NCBI GenBank assembly: GCA_032718475.1
Contig: JAUCBJ010004319.1
Coordinates: 1,276 to 65,275, forward strand
Source of the DNA: Nemertoderma westbladi
Lineage: Eukaryota; Animalia; Xenacoelomorpha
Direction of reading: 5' to 3'
DNA: 64,000 nucleotides
Positions 56,483 through 64,000 of this stretch are shown piece by piece (positions within the stretch are counted from its first letter, which is position 1; every line of letters begins with the position of its first letter). A program made the position numbers and the translations under genes. The notes under the pieces were generated by a model that worked only from the letters and a program-made list of their open reading frames with translations, was not told where the DNA came from and made no database searches.

Positions 56483-59400
56483 TTACGTTGGGGAGTCCCT
56501 AGATGTTTGTTGGATTAGGGAGGTGGTCGTGGGAAGAGTATCTTGCCTTCCATAGTTTCCGGACAGTTCTCGGTCTCGTTCCAGTAAACATAAACGACCA
56601 ACTGGGCGATTGAGCTGCTGTGTCTCGAAGACAATTCCAGGTTTCCTCTTCGTCCTGGAATAGTGACGATAGAAACATCGCTTCAAATACACGACGGCCT
56701 TACAAAGCCGATTCCAGGATCTATAGTGGTCCATCGCTCCCGGCAGGAGAGGTGAGAGTCCCGGCGAGACGTCTGGTGTTCCAGATCTCCAGTCTCTCTC
56801 TCTGATCTCCACAACAGATCGGTTCGCGGTGGGGGAGTTTAGATCCACAGCGTCGTCCCTGGCAATGTGTAATACAGACAGATCTATCACGGGTTTAAAT
56901 AACCTTGATTTACTCGTCCGGGTTTTAGGTTTGACTTTCTCCGCTCCCTTGGCTTGTCTAATCTCAGCCGTGGTAAGATGGGGAGGCCATTCATCTTCTT
57001 TACTTAGGAAGTCGGGTCCACCTAACCAGTCTGGAGTATCTGTCAGTTCTTGAGGAGTTGCTCCTCTGGAAGCGATGTCGGCTAGATTAATCGTCTCGGG
57101 GCAATATCTCCATTGATCTACATTAGAGTTAATATCGTCATTATCTGAGGAGTATGGTGTTCCCTCAGTTGGGTCGTCAACTTCACTGCTCTCCACTTCC
57201 CATTCACTTAATTGATATACCTGTTCTTTCGGTAATCTTTCCATAAGGGTTCTACGGGAAGGGCCAGTAAAGTACCAACCTACTCTAGTTCTTCCCGCAT
57301 AGACTTGTAATGGTTGCGGTTGAGCAGGCCGTTTCTCCAATGTCTCAAGCGCTTCATGCGCATTTTGGCCGATGAGTATTTGCACCCCCAGGGTAATCGG
57401 TGTTGAATCTAGGTATATTAAGCTGCTGGGTGGAATCGTCCTCATCCCAGTTATAAGGTTCTACTTGGCTGGTAGCGAAGTTCTTTATCGCCACCATTTT
57501 TACTGACCTTATACTATGTTCTCCTAGTTCGTCCTGGGGGGTGGACAACGCACCTACATAATAATCAGCTATTACTGTAGATTTCCAAACCTGCATAATT
57601 CCTGACATGTTTAACTTAGTTCGGAACTTGGGTTGTCCAGCAAAGATGTCTTCGGCTAGTTCTTTGTCGATGAATGTTCCTGTGCTACCGGAGTCAAGGA
57701 GGGCGTTCACTATATAACTCCTTTTAGGTCCGTGGACCCTTAACTGCACTACTGGAAATTCTCGGATTCCTACATTGGAAGTTGGTGCTTTCCAAGATGG
57801 TTGTCGGTCAGAAGTAGTTAGGGGGAGCTCGCTGTCTGTGTCTTTTTCATACGTAAGTGCTCGATACACTGCGGTATTTATCAGGTAACAGGATTCGTTT
57901 TCATCGGAGAATTCGTCCGTATAGAATCCTTCCATCTCAGAACCTTGGTCAGTGTCGTTCACGTCACTGAATTGGACATGTAGTTCGGAATCACTTACCT
58001 GACTCGGGCTGTTTCGTTCGAATTCAGTGTGCAACAAGATATGATGTTTTGCGCCGCACTTTGCACACCTTGCGTCGGAGTAACAGGTTCGCCTTTGGTG
58101 TCCTTGTTTGAGGCAATTATAGCACAACCGCTTATCCCACATGACTTCCCGTCTATCCTTTAATGATTTCTTTAGGAATTCATCACACATGTTCAAACGG
58201 TGGGTCCCGTCACATAGCGCACATTTCGGTTTGATGTTACTTACCTTACTTTGGGTAACGTTGTGCACACTCGTTCTTTCCTCGGGCTTTCTTACATGAA
58301 TTCTCTTAGGAGACGTAGGAGGAGTTTTTCTTACCTGTTCTCTCCTGTCATTGGTTCGAGACTTGAATTTACTTACGTCCTTAGGCGCTTTGTTGTCATA
58401 GTAAGATCTTTCAGTGTCTTTCCCGCTGTCTTCCTCTTGAGAAGCCTGGCTTTCGCCGTCGTCTGTATAACACACTGGTATTACCCTTCTCCTAGAAACG
58501 GGTTTCTCACTTACCTTATTTTCCGGTGTCTTCTCTCTGGACTGCTTTAGGAGCTGTAATTTTACCTCTCCATCTAAGAATGACATGAGATCAGCCATGG
58601 TAGGATCTCTTCGTTGTTGTTCCATCATATATAACACTTTCTTGTCCCAGCGTGTACCTACTCCACCCTTTGGTAAAGTAGAGGCCACGGCTCCAATAAC
58701 CATAGAACTCTGATATTCATGAGACTTACCTAGCCAATCTAATTGTCTACAGATTTCCTGAATCTCATCGGAAAACTCTATTATCCCGCTGCTAATGAAC
58801 TTTCGGGGCGCTACTAATTTTGCATACAAATATTTAGCTATGTTATTCCTATTACCATACCTGATGTTTAGTGTATCCCAAACTTGTCTTAATCCATCGG
58901 GATGTCCAATAAACTTTAACGCCATTAACTTGGGAGATCCTTCCAAGCACTCGATGAGGAATCTAAGTTTCTCTCCGTTTGATAGCACAGAGTTCTGTAT
59001 GTTATCTTTGTAATATTCATTAAAAGGTAACCATTTCATCTCATCTCCATTGAACTTGACGATCTCTCCCACCTTTACCGCTTGACGGGCTTCGGTTCTA
59101 GCCATTTGATGCGTAAAACTTTCTTGGGCCATCGTGTTATTTAATATCGAGTTATCGGTATATAAATTTCTCAGATTATTATCAAGTCTATATGGGATAT
59201 CATTGTGAACAGGTTTATAATTACCCTTAATAGGGTTTACTATAGGAGTTTCCACTTCGCTAGCAGTATAGATGCGTGTAGGCTCCACACCTTGCGCATG
59301 AAATACTTCAGACCTAACAGGTTGACACATTGTTACAGGGGGTGGTGGTATACCCTTTTGTGTATTTACTAATTTATCGCGTGCTAACGCGATACTTTGC

Positions 59401-61435
59401 TGCACTTCTTGCAACTCTAACCTACTCTCTCTAATTGTAATGAGCGGGAACGGTGTTCCCTCAGCTGCCCGAGCAGGAGACCCATCTCCCGTCGTCCCTC
59501 ATCTACCCACTCGACCGCCGAAGCGGGAGGCGCCAACGTTGTAGCGGGCGGACGAGGGACAACGGGCGACAAATCATTAATATTTCGCTCGGAGTCCAGG
59601 ACATGAACATTTTCAAGGGTGGTTCTGTGGGGCACAGGTAGCTTAGTGCTGTGCTGAGGGAATTTAGAGGTAGGTTCAGGGAGTACAGGTGTCTCTATCA
59701 CCGAAGGGGTGGCTTCGAGAACAGGCCTAATTATTTCAGGCTCATCTACTATAGTAGGGAGTCTTTCTATTTTAATTATTTGGTCTGTGGGTTCTGTACT
59801 ACCTAAGTTTGTGTTAGTTAGTTGCCTTCTAACAGCTGGGGGCAAATCAGGCAATTTCTGACGGTGGAATATTCTTCTACGTCTGCTTAGACGAGATCTA
59901 TTTCCTCCGCCTTCAGTATCGGTGGTATCGCCTTCCTCAGATGATGTATATCGCTGTCTTTTGGGAGTAGATCGACTCATCATCTGCATTTGACTAGCTG
60001 TTAACTGTTTATTTATGCAGTCTTGATTCTCTTGAATATTTTCCAACTCTAGTTGGGTGGTCTCTTCAGATGCTCTTCGTTCTGCTTATGCCACTGCTCG
60101 CTTTCTTTCCGCTTCTGCCGCTTTTCTTTCTGATTCTGCCGCTGCTGCTTTTGCCTCTGCCGCTGCCACTTTTGCCTCTGCCGCTGCCTCTGCCGCTTTT
60201 CTTTCCACTTCTAACACTTTTCTTTCTGCTTCTGCCTCTGCTGCTGCCGCTGCTGCTATCTTTCTGTCTTCTATACGTTTTTTCTTTACTTGTTCTTCTT
60301 GGACTCTAGCGATGCGGAGGTGTTCATCAAATTTAGCTTGGTTCGCAGCTCTCATATCCGCATCGATTGCGTCCAACACAAGCTTGGCTCCTTCACTATT
60401 AGGGCTAAGTCCATCCAGCCTTCTCCTCAACTCTTCATCACCTACAAAGCGTTGATAGTCTGACAGATAGATGTCAATAGCATCCCTCTTATGCGGTTTC
60501 TCTGCTGTCGCTTCGCTTTCCACTTGGGAAAAGGTAGCATCTGTTGATTCTCCATGGGTTGAGCGTTCAGCCAGCTGAGCTTTCCACTGGGCCGTTCCTT
60601 GAACCTGGAGACTCACCCGTTGGAACCAAGTCTTTACGGCAACTTGCAACGACGTGTCTTGTCTTCTTTTTGAAGCTTCTTCAAAGGCCGATAAGATTAG
60701 TCTGATTCTTAGAATTCTTTCTCTAACTTGATAAAGCAGCTCTCCCTGCCCTTGAGGTCCTTGGGGTTGTCGAAACAGTTGTTCCTCTAATCGCTCCATA
60801 GAGCTGAAGAATCCCTGTACGTATCCTGCTGCTGACCTCTTCCACACAGCTGGATCGATGGTTTCTTTTATTACTCCCATCCTGTGTATGTCTTCCCAGG
60901 CAGCTTCCGATAAGTCAAACGGTACTCCGGGTCCGGGGAAGTTCCATTGCGACTCGACAATAGACTTCAGTTCTTCCCTTGTGTATCCCGCATAACTATC
61001 CTTGGTCGATCGCTTACTTCTCGCCCAATCAATCTGGTGTTCCTCCACCGCAATCAATACCCTAGTGAGTACGGCTGCAGGAAGGATGAGAAGGGGATCC
61101 GAATAAACCGCATCTACCATCTTTGCTCCGCGCTCGGGTGTCAGCTCTACAGTATCCGCACTACTGGAGCTGTCGGGCCGCTGAGAAATACGTTCTCGGC
61201 TCGAGTGTTGCTGCTGTTCCGCTGCTTCTTGGTCTCGCTTGACTTGAGCTCGAGTGCCTATGATAGACCTACGGTGTTGGACTAGCCTAGGGTCTGATAT
61301 TACTACTGGAGGGATGATCTTTCTTACAGTAGGAGGTGAGTTGAACTTCGGTCTCACACGTTCCACACTCCTATCTGGGTCACAGATGGTTGTATCTAAG
61401 AGACTGTCTGACAGGTTTTGCTTTGTATCAGACAT
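56483..61435 (-). pseudogene. Disrupted BEL gag-pro-(pol remnant) polyprotein
   Basis: In-frame stop at 60086-60088; frameshifts near 59415 and ~57400. Recognisable parts: KFNGDEMKWLPF..LSNGEKLRFL (DUF1759-like); knuckles CALCDGTHRLNMC, CYNCLKQGHQRRTC and CAKCGAKHHILLH; protease ALLDSGS; ILIG..RTRVGW..GP; RNase H end WRYCPETINLADIASRG..W..GPDFL. Confidence 0.88.
57354..59414 (-). CDS. BEL Gag core + zinc knuckles + aspartic protease (largest intact segment, 686 aa)
   Basis: Motifs as listed for 56483-61435. Confidence 0.8.
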   Translation of the reverse strand: MQEVQQSIALARDKLVNTQKGIPPPPVTMCQPVRSEVFHAQGVEPTRIYTASEVETPIVNPIKGNYKPVHNDIPYRLDNNLRNLYTDNSILNNTMAQESFTHQMARTEARQAVKVGEIVKFNGDEMKWLPFNEYYKDNIQNSVLSNGEKLRFLIECLEGSPKLMALKFIGHPDGLRQVWDTLNIRYGNRNNIAKYLYAKLVAPRKFISSGIIEFSDEIQEICRQLDWLGKSHEYQSSMVIGAVASTLPKGGVGTRWDKKVLYMMEQQRRDPTMADLMSFLDGEVKLQLLKQSREKTPENKVSEKPVSRRRVIPVCYTDDGESQASQEEDSGKDTERSYYDNKAPKDVSKFKSRTNDRREQVRKTPPTSPKRIHVRKPEERTSVHNVTQSKVSNIKPKCALCDGTHRLNMCDEFLKKSLKDRREVMWDKRLCYNCLKQGHQRRTCYSDARCAKCGAKHHILLHTEFERNSPSQVSDSELHVQFSDVNDTDQGSEMEGFYTDEFSDENESCYLINTAVYRALTYEKDTDSELPLTTSDRQPSWKAPTSNVGIREFPVVQLRVHGPKRSYIVNALLDSGSTGTFIDKELAEDIFAGQPKFRTKLNMSGIMQVWKSTVIADYYVGALSTPQDELGEHSIRSVKMVAIKNFATSQVEPYNWDEDDSTQQLNIPRFNTDYPGGANTHRPKCA

Positions 61436-62778
61436 GTTTGTTTGTACAGTTGGATGCCTACTGCTGTATTACAGTTAAAGCAAGTCTAGTAATTCAGTAT
61501 CAACTGTTAGCCTAGTAATTAATTACCGATATTGTTACTCAGTATAACGTGATATATATATAATATATTAGAATACCGGTATGCTTATAGTATATATATA
61601 AGTATTATTACAGACTAGGTTTGTCACAGAATACCGGTATATAATTTCAGCGCAAATATATATAAATATATGATAGGCCTATCGTGAATACCGGTATACA
61701 GCTTACACTTATAATGTATATATATAAGTATAATTACAGACTAGAATTAATTACAGAATACCGGTATATAATTTAGCCTAAATTTATAGAAATAAATATA
61801 ATAAGCCTATTGTAAATACCGGTATGTCAATTATTTTAAATAATTGAATTTCTGAATTTTAGGGGTTACTTGGTTACTTTACTTTACTTTATTACCGTTA
61901 TTTAAGCAGTAGTCCAACTGATATTTAGACCTAATTATTCTAAGACAGGCCTACTATTTTATAAATCGGTTTGAGTTGATTTATAATATATATACCCGTA
62001 TAATGGGTTTTGTCAATATTTGAAATAAATGTTATTATTTCTGGGAAGGAGTCACTACACAGAAGCTGTACGCTCTCAGTGAAGTGCTACTTGTTGGACA
62101 CTAAAACAAATAATTCTAATTTACCTAAGTTACTTAATACTACAAATTACGTACAATTCGGGGTGAGATTACAATCTCTAAATAAACACAAAAAATTACA
62201 AGTACGAATTTTTTAGGGTAATTTTACAAGAAGTCTACAAACCAGCCTAACAAGGGGTTAGAATATCTGGTTATTACAACGGACAGGATACTACAGTATT
62301 TGAAAATAACAAGCAGTAGTAAATATATTGCGTTGTCCAGATAGGAAAAATACCACCGTCTGACGACTTATAGCCGTATCGCTATAAGTACTACGTTATG
62401 TATCACGGAGTGTTCCTACCTAGAAGTTAATTACCGCGGTCTACCAGAACCAACGTGCCTATTAACCACTTTACAACACAAATATACTGCCTACACACTA
62501 ATTACCTTCGGAAAGCACTGTACACTAAACCCTAAATTAGGTACAAGTACTTATACAACAAATAATCAGTAGTTAAAAATACTTGAACAGCTAAAAGAAC
62601 CACGGTATCTGCCGGAGTGACCAAAGCATAAAATCTCCAGTCTTTACCTACGCCAAGCAGCCCTGATGTAGTACCGGGGTTAATTTAACTATAACGGTAT
62701 GTATAACAAGCACAATTACTGTAGGAATAAACTTGGGGATGTGAATGTTGCGAATAATCGCATAAACTCTGAATAATA

Positions 62779-63351
62779 AATATTACGCTACGCGTACAGA
62801 CTACTCAAACAAAATACAGACCAAACGCTGACAGACCACTATCAAGCCTAAACAAACTACAGTATATGCAGACTCCGAAATGGTTAGTTAGTATGCGTTC
62901 TAACCGAGTAGTACGACTTATTCTTTCGAGGGGATTTACCTCACAGCACTGGAAGCCCCTACTTTCCTAACTAGTACTTTATCGGACATACACTCTACAC
63001 ACACCGCAATCTCTTCAGACTTAACAACAGCCAGACAACAATCCAGCCTACAAATTATCTGAATAAGAAATATTACGCTACCCGTACAGACTACACATAC
63101 AAAATACAGACAAAACGCTGGCAGACTACTATCAAGCCTAAACAAACTACAGTATATGCAGACTCCGAAATGGTTAGTTAGTATGCGTTCTAACCGAGTA
63201 GTACGACTTATTCTTTCGAGGGGATTTACCTCACAGCACTGGAAGCCCCTACGTTCCTAACTGGCACTTTATCGGACATACACTCTACACACACTGCAAT
63301 CTCTTCAGACTTAACAACAGTCAGACAACAGTCCAGCCTACAAATTATCTG
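62779..63351. repeat. 290-bp tandem duplication in the BEL 5' leader
   Basis: AATATTACGCTAC.CGTACAGACTAC starts at both 62779 and 63069. Confidence 0.9.
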
Positions 63352-63697
63352 TACAATCTGGGCAGGCTTACACGTCTTCTGCTCAATATTAACCTACAAG
63401 TAAATAAAACTGACAGAAATAAGTAAGCTCCAAAAGAAACAAGGGGTGTACAGTCCCTAATCTCTTAAACAGCCTACCGGTATACAATATCACAATCGAA
63501 ATAATACTAGTACCTGTACTGCAGTAAGTACCGGTGTTCGCGTGGTTAGGTAGTTAGGCCTACTGGGTACCGGTTGACCGGTACTTCAGCTTTATTGCCT
63601 ACTGCAATACAGAAGCAATAACCGTTATTGTTCTTACCAGAACAATATTAAACTGTATTTATTGCCTACACTGCAATCTGAAATCAATATCTGTTAT

Positions 63698-64000
63698 TGT
63701 TCGCGCTTTCAGACCTTTAGCAGTTTAACCTGCCAAATTTGGGTGTCTTCTAGATTATAAATCGACTTTAGCCTATGACGAGTATTTGATACACTACATT
63801 AGCCGAAGCCAGTCTATGCGCGACCATTCACCCGCTGGATATACCCGGGAGACTGGATTCGGAAGCCTAACCTTATTGCGGTGTAGGCCTACTGTATTAT
63901 TCGACTGATCGTAATATATAATCTCTGACAAATATTATTCACTTTCGGGAAATATTAACAGTTCCTTTAGGACGTGGCGCTCTAAATATATAAACAGAGT
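63698..64000 (-). repeat. 5' LTR (partial, U5 end)
   Basis: Near-identical to 52263-52566. Confidence 0.9.

Larger units (their letters stand above)
52263..64000 (-). mobile_element. BEL/Pao LTR retrotransposon, internally deleted, antisense in NHS-like intron 8; the 5' LTR runs out of the window
   Basis: LTRs at 52263-53444 and 63698->64000 with about 6 differences in the 303 bp that can be compared. PPT-like GGGAGCGG abuts the 3' LTR. Gag has three Cys/His knuckles, followed by a protease. Confidence 0.92.

Noticed and set aside
60057-61478. Plus-strand ORFs opposite gag (also those opposite the hATm transposase)
   Set aside because: Antisense shadows of the coding strand.

Overview
AT-rich animal (probably invertebrate) genomic DNA. 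One host gene is supported: a + strand NHS/NHSL/GUK-holder family actin regulator. It has an N-terminal WAVE-homology domain and the LPTPEE...IDISG..F.R...RRSL motif. Eight phase-compatible coding exons lie between 13320 and 52124, and the gene presumably continues past the window end. The rest is largely transposon-derived. Upstream are a BEL-type LTR (29-1164) and an 8-kb fold-back structure. Intron 3 holds a triple nest: a CACTG/TA element containing an intact hATm transposon, which contains a Helentron-type non-autonomous element with an array of CTCF-like motifs. Nin/Deu-domain tRNA SINEs, an RTE LINE 3' end and several MITEs are scattered through. Intron 8 holds an internally deleted BEL/Pao LTR retrotransposon with a decayed extra 3' ORF. 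The most unusual feature is a ~9.1-kb array of ~205 copies of the exon-6/intron-6 junction. Essentially every 43-44 bp unit ends in AG|GTGAGT, nearly always YAG|GTGAGT, so the pre-mRNA carries ~200 back-to-back acceptor/donor-like sites. All calls were made by eye, and copy numbers and identities are estimates.
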